Shown: in pieces, positions 49,918-60,784 of the stretch
Layout of the letters: the number at the start of each line of letters is the position of its first letter
How positions within the stretch are numbered: the stretch's first letter is position 1
Source: an uncultured Thermoleophilaceae bacterium
Lineage (GTDB): Bacteria; Actinomycetota; Thermoleophilia; Solirubrobacterales; Thermoleophilaceae
DNA length: 64,000 bases
Direction of reading: 5' to 3'
Assembly: GCA_963831365.1 (NCBI GenBank)
Contig: CAWHPV010000016.1
Span: forward strand, 592 to 64,591
Notes under the pieces: generated by a model
What the model was told of the DNA's origin: nothing
Seen by the model: only the letters and a program-made list of their open reading frames with translations
The model's database searches: none
Translations under genes and position numbers: made by a program

Positions 49918-50667
49918 TTAGTTGAGGGCCGACGCCAGCCGCCGGCGATGCTCGCGTGCCAGCTCGTCGGCCGGGCCGAGCTCGGTGAAGATGCCGACCA
50001 TCACCCGCCTGAGCTCGTCCCGCGTCGCGGGATCGTCAGCTTCGTCGAAGGCGGCCTGGAGGGCGTCGAGCGCCGCCGAGTGATCGCCGGCGTCCCAGCT
50101 CTCGAAGGCCCGCTCCAGCGGGTCCTCGTCCGCGTCCCCGGATAGTCGGGCGCGCGCCAGGAGCGCAGCGGCCAGGAAGTCGTCCGGAAAGCGCTCGAGG
50201 AGGGTGATCGCCTCGTCACGGTCGCCGCGCAGGAGCAGTAGCCGCCCCAGCGCGACGGCGGCATCGGCGTGGCGGGGGTCCGCCTCCAGAGCGGCACGGA
50301 GCGACCGCTCGTCGCCCTCCTCGGCGAGCCGGTCGGCCTTCGACGGCACGAGCCCGTCGAAGAACCGCTCGACCTCGGCCGGAGGCAGGGCGCCGGTGAA
50401 CTCGTCGGCCACGCGGCCGTCGCGGAAGGCCTTGACAGCCGGGATGCCCTGGACCCGGTAGCGGCCCGCCAGACCCTGGTTGGCGTCCACGTCGACCTTC
50501 GCGAGGTCGACGTCGCCCTCGCGGGCGGACGCCGCCGCCTCGAGTGCGGGCGTGAGCGCCCGGCAGGGGCCGCACCAGGCGGCCCAGAAGTCCACGACGA
50601 CGGGCCGCTCGCGTGAGCGCTCGACGACGCGCGCCTCGAACTGCGCCTCATCGACGTCGAAGACCAC
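49918..50667 (-). CDS. thioredoxin-domain protein with a TPR-like C-terminal domain (YbbN/CnoX-like)
   Basis: GTG at 50667 inside shadow ORF 49918..51519. The active site is FWAAWCGPCRAL. Confidence 0.8.
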   Translation of the reverse strand: MVFDVDEAQFEARVVERSRERPVVVDFWAAWCGPCRALTPALEAAASAREGDVDLAKVDVDANQGLAGRYRVQGIPAVKAFRDGRVADEFTGALPPAEVERFFDGLVPSKADRLAEEGDERSLRAALEADPRHADAAVALGRLLLLRGDRDEAITLLERFPDDFLAAALLARARLSGDADEDPLERAFESWDAGDHSAALDALQAAFDEADDPATRDELRRVMVGIFTELGPADELAREHRRRLASALN

Positions 50668-50708
50668 GATTCCAGGGTAGCCTCGGCCCGCTCTCGTAGG
50701 ATCCCGGC

Positions 50709-51512
50709 GTGGCCCTCGCGCCGTTCGTGGACGGCTATGACCAGCTGATCCTCGACCTCGACGGCTGCGTGTACGTGGGCGACGAGGCCACGCCGGGCGC
50801 GATCGAGACGCTCGACGAGCTGCGCGAGGCGGGCAAGCGGATCGCGTTCGTGACGAACGACCCGCGCCGGAGCGGCGAGGAGTACGTGCGCAAGCTCTGG
50901 GGGCTCGGCGTGCGGACGTCGCTGGCGGACGTGGTGACCGTGGGCGGGGCGATGCAGCACCTGCTGGCCGAGACGCGCGGCGGCCGGACCGTCTTCGTGA
51001 TCGGGACCGAGGCGATGTGCCGGCACGTGGCGGACGCCGGCCTGAAGCTGCTGAACGGGACCGACCTCGCCTCCCGCGCCGACGTCGTCGTGGTCGCCGG
51101 GACCGACGACGTCGTCTACGACGATCTCCGCAACGCGGTCCTGTCGGTCCGCCGCGGCGCGGACCTCCTGGCGACGAGCCGCGACCCCACCTACCCCATG
51201 CCGGACGGGCTGTGGCCGGGCACCGGTGCGCTCGTGGCGGCGGTCGAGTACGCCTCCGGGGCCACCGCGACGATCGTGGGAAAGCCCGAGCCGGAGCTGA
51301 TCCGGACGGCGATCGAGCGCCTCGGCGAGGGGCGGACGCTGGTCGTGGGCGACCGGCTCGACGCCGACGTGGCGGCCGCGGCGCGCGCGGGCGTGGACGC
51401 GGCGCTCGTCCTGAGCGGCGGGACGACGGCCGAGGAGGCGGAGGCGGCCGTCGATCCGCGGCCGCTCGTGGTGGCCGACGACCTCGCTTCGCTCGCGCTC
51501 CGCCCGGGCTGA
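50709..51512 (+). CDS. HAD-superfamily hydrolase, subfamily IIA
   Basis: GTG start. Motifs are LILDLDGCVY, FVTNDP, GKPEP and VGDRLDADV. Confidence 0.8.
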   Translation: MALAPFVDGYDQLILDLDGCVYVGDEATPGAIETLDELREAGKRIAFVTNDPRRSGEEYVRKLWGLGVRTSLADVVTVGGAMQHLLAETRGGRTVFVIGTEAMCRHVADAGLKLLNGTDLASRADVVVVAGTDDVVYDDLRNAVLSVRRGADLLATSRDPTYPMPDGLWPGTGALVAAVEYASGATATIVGKPEPELIRTAIERLGEGRTLVVGDRLDADVAAAARAGVDAALVLSGGTTAEEAEAAVDPRPLVVADDLASLALRPG

Positions 51513-51552
51513 CGGGCACGGCGAGGCGCTACGAGGCGCCATCATCTGGGTC

Positions 51553-51837
51553 ATGCCGCGCAAGACGCATCACAAGCACTCATCCAGCAAGGGCTACCGG
51601 CGCCTGCTCGACTCGCTGGCGGCGACCCCAGGCGTCCACCGCGTGGCCACCGGACGCGTCAAGCCGCGGATGGGCTCGGGGCGGCCCGTCGCGCCGATCT
51701 CGAAGGTGCGCGAGACCGAGTCCGGCCTCTCGATCACGATCAACATGGATGGCGCGATCGTCGACGCCTACGTCGTCACCGACCGCCCGGCCGAGGTGGA
51801 GGCGGCGATGCGCGAGCGCGGCTGGACCGCCTCGTAG
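51553..51837 (+). CDS. small conserved hypothetical protein (possibly DUF2103-like)
   Basis: 94-aa ORF (MPRKTHHKHSSSKGYRRLLDSL...). The family assignment is from memory only. Confidence 0.4.
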   Translation: MPRKTHHKHSSSKGYRRLLDSLAATPGVHRVATGRVKPRMGSGRPVAPISKVRETESGLSITINMDGAIVDAYVVTDRPAEVEAAMRERGWTAS

Positions 51838-52292
51838 TCGACGCCGAGGAGCCGCGCGGCGTCGGGCGAGACGTCGAGGCCCGCGTCGCGCGCGGCGCGA
51901 AGCCCGGCCTCGGGGTCGACGCCGCGCGACTCGTGCAGGTGCGCGGCGCAGACCGCCGCCACGAAGTCCGTCCGCACGTCGCCGTGCACGGCGACCGCCC
52001 CGCGGGCGCGGAGCTCCCGGCGAAGGAGCGGCAGCAGCTCCTCGAGGGCCTCGGCCCCGGCGGCGCAGGACTCGACCGGCACATGGTGCGCGGCGAGCCC
52101 CATCGCCTCGTAGTGGGCGAGGTTGTGGCGCGATCGCATCGTGGAGACGACGAGCCGCACCCCGTGCGCCCTGAGATAGGCGATCTCCCCCGCGCGCCGC
52201 TCGGGGCGGTGGCTCCGCCCCCCTCCGCCCGGCCGCTCCAGCCCGCAGAGCTTGCGCGGGCGCGCCCACCAGATACGTCGCGGCTCCTCCAC
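51768..52292 (-). CDS. dual-specificity-phosphatase-like protein with a degenerate P-loop
   Basis: 174 aa with VAVHGDVRTDFVAAVCAAHL where HCxxGxxR[ST] is expected. Its 3' end overlaps the convergent 51553..51837 by 70 nt. Confidence 0.45.
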   Translation of the reverse strand: MEEPRRIWWARPRKLCGLERPGGGGRSHRPERRAGEIAYLRAHGVRLVVSTMRSRHNLAHYEAMGLAAHHVPVESCAAGAEALEELLPLLRRELRARGAVAVHGDVRTDFVAAVCAAHLHESRGVDPEAGLRAARDAGLDVSPDAARLLGVDYEAVQPRSRIAASTSAGRSVTT

Positions 52293-52350
52293 CGCAGCTC
52301 CCTTCGTCGCTCATAGACTGTGAGCCCGTGAGCACCCGACCTTCGCCCCC

Positions 52351-53177
52351 ATGTGCCGGATCTTCGGCTGCGTAGCGTCCGAGCCGAGCTCGATCCGCCA
52401 CGAGCTCGTGGAGGCGGAGAACCCGATGATCCGCCAGTCCGAGGAGCACGACTCGGGCTGGGGTATGGCGGTTTACGAGCACGCCGACGGCGGGGCACCG
52501 GAGGTGCTGCGCTTCCCCGAGGCGGCCTACGCCGACGGCGAGTTCAGGCGCGCCACCGAGCGCGCCCGGACGGATCTTCAACGTGCACGTGCGTCGCGCG
52601 ACGATGGGCGGCCTCACGATGGACAACACCCACCCGTTCTGCCTCGGCGACTACTCGTTCTGCCACAACGGCACGATCCTCGAGTTCCCCTCGCTGCATC
52701 GAGCCCGGCGTGCGCCGTCCCGACGGGCGACACCGACTCCGAGCACTTCTTCAACTTCCTGATGCGCGGCTTCGACCCGGGGACGTCGCCGGGTCGCTGC
52801 GGGCACGGTCGCGGCGGTCATCGACCGATCGGCGTTCTCGGGGCTCAACGTCCTCCTCTCCGACGGCGAGCGCCTCTACGCGTACCGGCTGGGCGTGTTC
52901 GAGCTGCACTGGCTCGCGCGCCCGGGGCAGCTGCTGGTCGCCTCCGAGCGGATGACCGCGCGAGCCCTGGCACTCCGTGCAAGCAGGACGTCCTGCTGAC
53001 GCTCGACCCCGACGACGCCGAGGAGCCGCACGCCGAGCGACTCGTGGGCGACCGCGGGCTCGCGCGGGCCCGGATCGTGCGGTTCGAGGAGGGCACGGAG
53101 CTGCGCGGCGCGCGAGCGCGGGCACGTTCGCGGCGCGAGCGCGCCGCGCGGCTGGCCGGCGGTCGCGATCCGTGTGA
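52351..53177 (+). pseudogene. class II (Ntn) glutamine amidotransferase, YafJ-like, frame broken about 7 or more times as assembled
   Basis: MCRIFGC nucleophile start. The family sequence is then threaded through three frames (RIFNVHVRRATMGGLTMDNTHPFC / GDTDSEHFFNFLM / VIDRSAFSGLNVLLSDGERLYAYR / QDVLLTLDPDD). The first break is near 52568. Confidence 0.7.
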
Positions 53178-54070
53178 CGCCGGCGCTTCGCGCTGATCGT
53201 CAACCCGGCCGCGGCCGGTGGCAGGCGCCGCGGCGCGCTGCCGGCGGCCGTCGAGCGGAGCTTCGCCTGCGCGGCGCCGAGCACCGGGTGATCGAGCCGC
53301 ACAGCCTGGACGCACGCGCGCGACGAGGCGCGGGCCGCGGCCGGAGGCAGGCGAGACGGTCGTCGCCCTGGGCGGCGACGGGCTGGTGGGCGCGATGGCC
53401 GGCGCGCTGCGCGGCAGCCGGACGCCGCGCTCGCGTCGTGCCCGCCGGGCGGGGCAACGACTTCGCGCGCGTGCTGGGGATCCCGACCGACGCCACGCGC
53501 GGCCGCGCGGCTGGCCGTGGAGGGCCCGGAGCGCCTCCTCGACGTGGCGGAGGTGGACGGGGGGCCGTTCGTGGGGATCGCGAGCCTGGGGTTCGACTCG
53601 GACGCAACCGCATCGCCAACGAGGCGACAGCTCGTGCGCGGGCACCTCGTGTACCTGTACGCGGCGCTGCGCGCGCTCGCCGGCTGGCGCCCGCGCGCTT
53701 CGACGTCACGGTCGACGGGGAGCGGCACACTTCACCGGCTACTCCGTGGCGTGGCGAACTCGAAGGCGTCTACGGCGGCGGCATGTGGCTCGTGCCCCAC
53801 GCGGAGCTCGACGACGGCCGGCTCGACGTGATCACGATCGCGGACCTCTCCAAGCTCCGGTTCGTGCGCGGCTTCCTGACGGTGTTCAGCGGCGGCGCAC
53901 GTGGACGCGACCGGGCTGCGCTTCACTCCGGCCGGCGCGTGCGAGATCGAGCGCCGATCGCCCGTTCACGGTCTACGCCGACGGGGACCCGGTCGCGGAC
54001 CTGCCGGTCACCGTCACGGTCGCCGGCGCGCCTGCGCGTGATCGCCCCGCCGGACGGTCCGCGCCGCTGA
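53174..54070 (+). pseudogene. diacylglycerol/lipid kinase (YegS/LCB5 family), frame changes about 13 or more times as assembled
   Basis: GTG overlaps the upstream TGA (GTGTGA at 53172-77). Fragments lie in alternating frames: RFALIVNPAAAGG / VVALGGDGLVGAM / VVPAGRGNDFARVLGIP / ERLLDVAEVDGGPFVGIASLGFDS / GGGMWLVPHAELDDGRLDV / FTVYADGDPV. Confidence 0.7.
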
Positions 54071-55440
54071 GGCTCCGGCCGAGGTCGGCGCTCGCGCGGG
54101 GGCTGCGGGCGCTCGCGCGGCGCTCGGCCGCGCGGGCGGCACGACGGCGCCCGGGCCGTGCTCCTGCTGCGGCTCGACCCGCGCGCGCTCGAGCGCCTCG
54201 GCGCCGCGCGCTCGAGGCGCGGGACGGCGCTGATCTCCGCGACCAACGGGAAGACCACCACCGCCGCGATGGTCGCCGCCGCGATGCAGCGCGCAGGGCG
54301 TGCAGGTCGTGCACAACCGCGCCGGGTCGAACATGCACTGGGGCGTGGCCACGGCGCTCCTCGACGCCGGGCGAAGCGCTCGACGAGCTCGGGCTGTTCG
54401 AGGTCGACGAGGCGTGGCTCGCCCCGGTCGCGCGCGCACTCTCCCCGCGGGCGCTCCTCCTGTCGAACCTGTTCCGCGACCAGCTCGACCGCTACGGGGA
54501 GCTCGAGATCCTCGCCGACCGCTGGGCCGAGCGTCGTGGCCGAGCGACAGCGGGCGCGCCGCGCTGTCCTGAACGCGGACGACCCGCTCGTGGCCGACCT
54601 CGGCCGGGGCCACGAGCGGGCCACGTACTTCGGGGTCGAGGACGACGACCAGCAGCTGTCCGACCTCCAGCACGCCGCGGACTCGAAGCGCTGCCGCAAC
54701 TGCGGCGCGACCTACGCGTACGACGCCGTCTACCTCGGCCACCTGGGCCGCTACTGCGTGCCCGCGCTGCGGGCGCGACGCGCCCGCGACCGGCGGTCGC
54801 GGGCGAGCGCGTGGTGCTGCGCGGCATGCAGGGCTCGCGGATCGAGATGACGACACCGGCCGGAGCGCTCGCGTGGAGCTCCCCCTCCCCGGCCTCTACA
54901 ACGTGTACAACGCGCTCGCCGCCACGGCGCTCGCGCTGGAGCTCGGCGCGTCGCTCGAGCAGATCGGCGCGGGGCTCGAGGGCCTCGCCCGCGGTCTTCG
55001 GCCGCGCCGAGACGATCGCGCTCGCCGGCGGGCGACGTGCTCGATCCTGCTCGTCAAGAACCCGGCGGGGGCGAACGAGGTGCTCCGGCACGCTCATGCT
55101 CGAGGAGCGGTCCGCTCGACCTCTGGGTCGCGCTCAACGACCGGATCGCCGACGGCCGCGACGTCTCCTGGATCTGGGACGCCGACTTCGAGGTGCTGGC
55201 CGGCCGCGTGCGGCGCGTCACCTGCTCGGGCACCCGCGCCGAGGAGATGGCGCTGCGGCTCAAGTACGCGGGCATCGACGCCCCGATCGCGGTGGAGCGC
55301 GACCTCGGGCGCTCGCTCGACGCCGGCGGCGGCGACCGCGACGGCGGCCGCCCCTCTACGCGCTGCCGACCTACACCGCGCTGCTCGAGCTGCGCGACCT
55401 GCTGGCCGAGCGCGGCCTCGCGCGCCGGTGGTCGGAGTGA
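54067..55440 (+). pseudogene. murT: lipid II isoglutaminyl synthase subunit MurT (Mur-ligase family), frame changes about 10 or more times as assembled; start approximate
   Basis: SATNGKTTT P-loop, LFEVDEAWL, LLSNLFRDQLDRYGE, zinc ribbon CRNCGATY...CCPRCG, LPGLYNVYNALAA, and a DUF1727-like tail WVALNDRIADGRDVSWIWDADFE. Confidence 0.8.
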
Positions 55441-56210
55441 GCCGGCCGACGAGCGGAGGCCGGCCCCCGACGCGGCCGTGGTCTGGCACGACGTGGAGTG
55501 CGCGCGGCTACGCGGCCGACCTCCCGCTCTGGCGGGAGCTCGCCGGCGGGCGCCGGCGGGCCGATCCTCGACCTCGGCGCGGGCACGGGGCGCGTGGCGC
55601 TCGACCTGGCCGGCACGGGCCACGAGGTGACCGGGCTCGACTCGGACCCGGCGCTCGTCGCGGAGCTCGCCGCGCGCGCGCCGCGCGAGCGCGGCCTCGC
55701 GGGCGCGCGCGGTGGCGGGCGACGCGCGAGCGTTCGAGCTCGGGCGGCGCTTCGCGCTCGTCGATCGCCCCGATGCAGGTCGTGCAGCTGCTCGGCGGCC
55801 GGGACGGGCGCCGCTCGATGCTCGCGAGCGCGCGGCGCCACCTAGACCCGGGCGGGCTGCTGGCCGTCGCGCTCGCCGACCCGCTCGAGGGCGTGCCCGC
55901 CGACGGACGCCGCGCCGCCGCTCCCCGACATGCGCGAGGCGGACGGCTGGGTCTTCTCCAGCACGCCGGTCGGCGCTCCGCGCCGAGGCCGACGGGCGTC
56001 GCGATCGACCGGCTGCGGCAGGCCGTCTCGCCGACCGGCGAGCTCGTCCGAGTCGATGGCGACGATCGTGCTCGACCACGTCGACGCCGACGGAGCTCGA
56101 GCGCGGAGCGCGCGCGAGCTGGCTCCTGGGCCCGCTCGAGCGGCGGTCGCGTGCCGGACACCGCCGCCTACGTGGGGAGCACGGTGGTCGTGCTGGAGGC
56201 GGTCGAGTGA
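55437..56210 (+). pseudogene. class I SAM-dependent methyltransferase, frame changes about 10 times as assembled
   Basis: GTGA overlap with the murT stop. The SAM motif I is ILDLGAGTGRVALDLAGTGHEVTGLD. Further fragments are IAPMQVVQLL and HLDPGGLLAVAL. The terminus is VGSTVVVLEAVE*. Confidence 0.65.
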
Positions 56211-56937
56211 GCCGCCCGCTGCGCGTCTGCGCGCTCTACCCGGACCTGATGAACATCTACGCCGACCGCGGCAACATCGCCGTGCTCGCGCGCGCGCTGC
56301 GAGTGGCGCGGGCTCGGCTTCGAGCTCAGCGCGTCGCGGGCTCGGCGAGGCGCTCGACCCGGACGCGCCACGACCTCTTCTACATCGGCGGCGGCCAGGA
56401 CCGCGACCAGGTGGCGGTGGCGCGCGACATGGTCGCGACGAAGCGCGACGCGCTCCACGCGGCCGCCGAGCGAGCGGCGGTCGTGCTCGCGGTGTGCGGC
56501 GGCTACCAGCTGCTCGGCTCGAGCTACCAGCTCGGCGACGAGCAGCTGCCCGGGCGTCGGGCTGGTGGACCTCAGGACCGTGCGCGAGCCCGGCCCGCGC
56601 CTGATCGGCAACTGCGCGATCGAGGCCGACCTCGGCGACGGCCCGCGGGTGGTCGCGGGGTTCGAGAACCACGGCGGGCGCACGTACCTCGGGCGCGGCG
56701 CGACCCCGCTCGGCCGGGTGCATCAAGGGGCATCGGCAACAACGGCGCGGACGGCTTCGAGGGCGTGCGCCGCGGCAACGTGATCGGCACCTACCTCCAC
56801 GGGCCGCTGCTGCCGAAGAACGTGTGGCTGGCCGACCGGCTGATCGAGCTGGCGCTCGGCGTCCGGCTCGAGCCCGCTCGACGACGCGATGGAGGACGCC
56901 GCGCACGACGAGCGCCCGGCGCGCGGCGGGCGTCTAG
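56207..56937 (+). pseudogene. gatD: lipid II isoglutaminyl synthase glutaminase subunit GatD (CobQ-type GATase), frame changes about 6 times as assembled
   Basis: GTGA overlap with the methyltransferase stop. Motifs are LRVCALYPDLMNIYADRGN, catalytic AVCGGYQLLG, GFENHGGRT and GTYLHGPLLPKN. Confidence 0.8.
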
Positions 56938-56949
56938 GAGCGGTCGGGC

Positions 56950-57384
56950 CTAGCGCCCCGGTCGAGCCGAAGCCCGCTACCCCGCGCTCGGTCTCGTCCG
57001 AGCGAGTCGACCTCCTCGACCTCCGCCGGCTCGGAGCGGACGATCACGAGCTGGGCGATCCGGTCCCCGACCTCGACCTCGAACGGCTCCCCGGGGTCGG
57101 TGTTGAGCAGGAGCACGCGCACCTCGCCGCGATAGCCGGGTCGATCAGGCCCGGGGCGTTGACCAGCGCGATCCCGTGGCGGGCGGCGAGCCCCGAGCGC
57201 GGCAGCACGAGGCCCGGCATGCCCGGCCGGGATCGCCACGGCGATGCCCGTGCCGACCGACGCCCGCTCGCCCGGCTCGAGGCGCGCCGGCTCGGCCGCG
57301 TGCAGGTCGTGGCCGGCGTCGGTCGCGTGCGCGCGCGTCGGGGCGCGCGCGTCGCTCGGTCAGGCGCGTGAACCTGAGCGTCAA
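56950..57384 (-). pseudogene. dut: dUTP diphosphatase, frame broken about 4 or more times as assembled
   Basis: TTG at 57384 (LTLRFTRL). Fragments are [25 protein letters not shown] and [31 protein letters not shown]. The expected GFGSTGR* needs one G fewer in GGGG at about 56956. Confidence 0.8.
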
Positions 57385-58706
57385 CCGTCGCCGCGGCTCG
57401 TCGCCGGCGCCGTTCAGGGCGAAGCGCTCGAAGCGACCGCCGCCCCGGCCGGCACGCGCGCGCTGACCCGTACGCCCGCGGCGGTGTCCTCGCGCTCGAG
57501 GTCGCCGGCCACGTCGTGCAGCTCGGACAGGCTGCCCCCCTCGTCGTAGGGCACGAGCAGCTCCATCGGTCGAAGGCTCGAGAGGAAGGCGGCCTCGATC
57601 GGCGTCGCGCAGCTCGTCGAGCCCCTCGCCGGTGGCGGCGGAGACCTGAACGGCGCCGGGATGGCGAAGCTCGAGCTCGCGCCGGCGCTCCGGGTCGAGG
57701 AGGTCGACCTTGTTGAGGACGAGGAGCCGCTGGCGCTTCGCCGGCGCCGATCTCCTCGAGCACGTCGTCGACCGCGGCGAGCATCTCCGCCAGCTCGTCC
57801 TCCTCGACGGACGCGTCGACGACGTGGACCAGGAGATCGGCGGCCATCGCCTCCTCGAGCGTCGCCGCGAACGCGTCGACGAGCTGGTGCGGCAGCTTGC
57901 GGATGAAGCCGACGGTGTCGGTGAGCAGGTACGGGCGCCCGTGGACCTCGAGCGCGCGGGTCGTCGGATCGAGCGTGTGGAAGAGCCGGTCCTGCACCGC
58001 CGGCGTCGGCGCCGGTGAGCGCGTTGAGCAGGCTCGACTTGCCGGCGTTCGTGTAGCCGGCGAGCGCGACCGTCGGGAGCTGCGCGCGCTCGCGCTCGCG
58101 CCGCATCGTCCGGCGGGTGGCGCCCGAGCGCTCGAGCCGCCGCTTGAGCGCCGCGATCCGGTCGCGCGCCAGGCGGCGGTCGGTCTCGATCTGGGTCTCC
58201 CCCGGTCCGCGCGTCCCGATCCCGCCGCCGAGGCGCTCGAGGTGCGTCCACAGGCCGCGCATGCGGGCGAGGTTGTACTCGAGCTGGGCGAGCTCGACCT
58301 GGAGCTTGCCCTCGGCCGAGTCCGCGTGGTCGGCGAAGATGTCGAGGATGATCGCCGTGCGGTCGATCACCGGCACGCCGGCCTCCTGCTCGAGGTTGCG
58401 CTCCTGGCGCGGGAGCAGCTCGTCGTCGCAGGCGATCAGGTTGGCGTCCGACTCCGCGAGCGCGCGCCTTCAGCTCGGCGAGCTTGCCCTTGCCGAGGTA
58501 GCGGTCGGGATCGGGCGCGGGCCGGCGCTGGACCAGCTCGCCCGCGACGGCCACGCCGGCGGTCCGCAGCAGCTCCCTGAGCTCGGCGAGGTCGGCGTCA
58601 CCGGGCGTCGCCGCGATGCACAGCGCGCGCTGGCGGGCGCGCGGATTGACGATGCCCTCGCCGTACGCGGCTCTCGGTCCTGTCGTCCGTTGCGGCTTCG
58701 CTGCAC
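57381..58706 (-). pseudogene. hflX: GTPase HflX, frame broken about 6 or more times as assembled; both ends approximate
   Basis: Fragments are [57 protein letters not shown]1 [38 protein letters not shown] and LNKVDLL. Confidence 0.8.
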
Positions 58707-58728
58707 CGCCCTCAGTCTAGATGCGGCG

Positions 58729-59900
58729 TCAGCCGCCGAGGCTCGACCGCAGCCGCTCGACGGCCTCGGCGAGGCGCTCGTCGGGCACCGTCAGCGAGAT
58801 CCGGAAGAAGCCCTCGCCGTTCGGGCCGTAGGAGCTTCCGGGGGAGACGACGACCGCCGACTCCTCGAGCACGAGCTCGCAGAACGAGGCCGAGTCGTGG
58901 CCCTCGGGCACCGGCGCCCAGACGTAGATCGTGCCCTTCGGCGGGGTCACCTCGACCCCGATCTCGCGCAGCGCGGCGCACACGAGGTCGCGCCGCCGCT
59001 GGTAGATCGCGCTCATCTCGCGCGACGGCGGCGGCGCCCTCGTCTGAGCGCCGCCGCAGCCGCGAGCTGCACCGCCTCGAACATGCCCGAGTCGATGTTC
59101 GTCTTCAGTCGCCAGTAGGAGTCGATCGCCTCGGCGTTGCCGACGATCGCCGCGGTCCGCCAGCCGGTCATGTTGTAGCCCTTCGAGAGCGAGAAGACCT
59201 CGACGCCGACCTCCTTCGCGCCGGGCGTCGCGAGGAAGCTCGGCGCGACGTAGCCGTCGAACGTCGTCTCCGTGTAGGAGGCGTCGTGCACGACCAGCAG
59301 GTCGTTGCTCGTGCGCGAACTCGACGCCTCGCTCGAACAACCCCTCGGGCGCGATCGCGCCGGTCGGGTTGTTCGGGTAGTTGAGGAAGAGGAGCCGGGC
59401 GCGATCGCGGTCGTCGGCGGCGATCGCGTCGAGGTCGGGCGCGAAGCCGCGCTCGGGCACGAGCGGCACCAGGACGGCTCCGCGCCGGCGAGCAGCGGGC
59501 CCGCCGGTGTAGACGGGATAGCCGGGGTCGCGCGGCGAGCGCCACGTCGCCCGGGTCGAGGAAGGCGAGGTTGAGGTTGAAGATGCACTCCTTCGCCGCC
59601 GAGCGCCGGGATCACCTCCAGTCTCCGGGTCGAGCTCGACGCCGAACCGGCGTCGCGTAGAAGCGGGCGACCGCCTCGCGGAACTCCGCGCGGCCCCGGT
59701 TCGACGGATACTGGTGCGTGTCCGGGATCGCGTGCGGCCGCGGCGAGCGCCTCGACCACGACGGCGGGCGTCGGGGTGTCCGGGTCGCCGATCCCGAGGC
59801 TGATCACGTCGATCCCCTCGGCCCGCTTCGCGGCGATCTTGCGCTCGAGCTCGGCGAACAGGTAGGGCGGGATCCGCTCCAGGCGCTTACTCGGTCTCAT
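58729..59900 (-). pseudogene. dapL: LL-diaminopimelate aminotransferase (DapL, class I aminotransferase), frame broken about 6 or more times as assembled
   Basis: Fragments are MRPSKRLERIPPYLFAELERKIAAKRAEGIDVISLGIGDPDTPTP, LFLNYPNNPTG, FSLSKGYNMTGWR, KTNIDSGMFEAVQ and YVWAPVPEG...GEGFFRISLT. Confidence 0.75.
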
Positions 59901-60735
59901 TCAGCTCCTCGATCGCCTCGTCGCCGAGCGTGCCGCTGAACACGGGCACGGCCCAGCCGGTCAGCGTCAACATGCAGATCCTCGCCCACCGCGACCTCGA
60001 GCTCGCCGCCGTCGAGGCGAACCGTCACGGGGCTGTCGCGCCCCGCCGAGCACGGCGGCGATCGCGGCGCCGGTGGCGCCGGTGCCGGAGGAGAGCGTCT
60101 CCCCTACGCCGCGCTCGAAGATCCGCGCCGTGACCGCGGAGTCGCCGTCGCGGCGCCAGAAGGACACGTTGGTCCGGTTCGGGAAGAGCTCGTGACGCTC
60201 GATCGTCGGCGCCGTAGCGTCCGAGGTCGAGCGCCTCGAGCCCGTCCTCGACCTCGATCGCGCACTGCGGGTTGCCGACCTGCACGTGCTGAAAGCGAAA
60301 CGCGCGGCCGGCGGCGGTGAGCGACCCCGTGCCGTCGTCACCGCCGCTGGGAAAGTCGGCCGAGCGCAGGCGCGCCCGCCCCATGTCCACGGTGCAGGTG
60401 GACGGCCCGGTGATCCGGGGCCTGATCTCCCCCGCCGCGGTCTCGATCGAGAACGTGTCGAGGTCCGTCCAGCCGCGACGGCGCAGGTAGAGGATCGCCT
60501 CGCGAGCGCCGTTCCCCGAGAGCTCGGACTCCGAGCCGTCGGGGTTGAAGATGCGTAGGCGCGCGACGAAGCCGTCGCGCTCGGACGCCGAGAGCACGAG
60601 CAGCCCGTCCGCGCCGACGCCCGTGTGCGGCGCGCAGAGGCGGGCGACGCGGCCGGCGGTCAGCGGGAACGGAAGCTCGACCTCCTCGACGATCAGGTAG
60701 TCGTTGCCGAGCGCCTGCCACTTCTCGAACCTCAC
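59887..60735 (-). pseudogene. dapF: diaminopimelate epimerase, frame broken at least twice as assembled
   Basis: MRFEKWQALGNDYLIVE, NPDGSESELSGNGAR, FPNRTNVSFW, ERGVGETLSSGTGA. Junctions are near 60215 and 60040. The terminus is ...AIEELNETE* (TAA 59887-89). Confidence 0.8.
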
Positions 60736-60784
60736 CTGGGGGCTCCCGTCTCGGTCGGCATGGCCGCGGCACTATAGGAGACGG

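Noticed and set aside
50668-51519. N-terminal extension of ORF 49918..51519 (533 aa)
   Set aside because: It is an extremely Arg/Pro-rich shadow running antisense to the HAD hydrolase gene. The thioredoxin-domain protein starts at GTG 50667.
45594-52292. Accessory-looking cluster (FAD oxidoreductase, P450, DUF4394, membrane protein, thioredoxin-TPR, HAD, phosphatase-like) as a possible genomic island
   Set aside because: I found no integrase, transposase, tRNA anchor or flanking direct repeats. Codon usage looks like the rest of the window.
58729-59900. The aminotransferase as the missing hisC of the his operon
   Set aside because: The re-threaded sequence (RIPPYLFAELERKI...GIGDPDTPTP, NYPNNPTG, KTNIDSGMFEAVQ) matches the DapL-type LL-diaminopimelate aminotransferase pattern. 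The gene also overlaps dapF, so it fits lysine/mDAP synthesis better.
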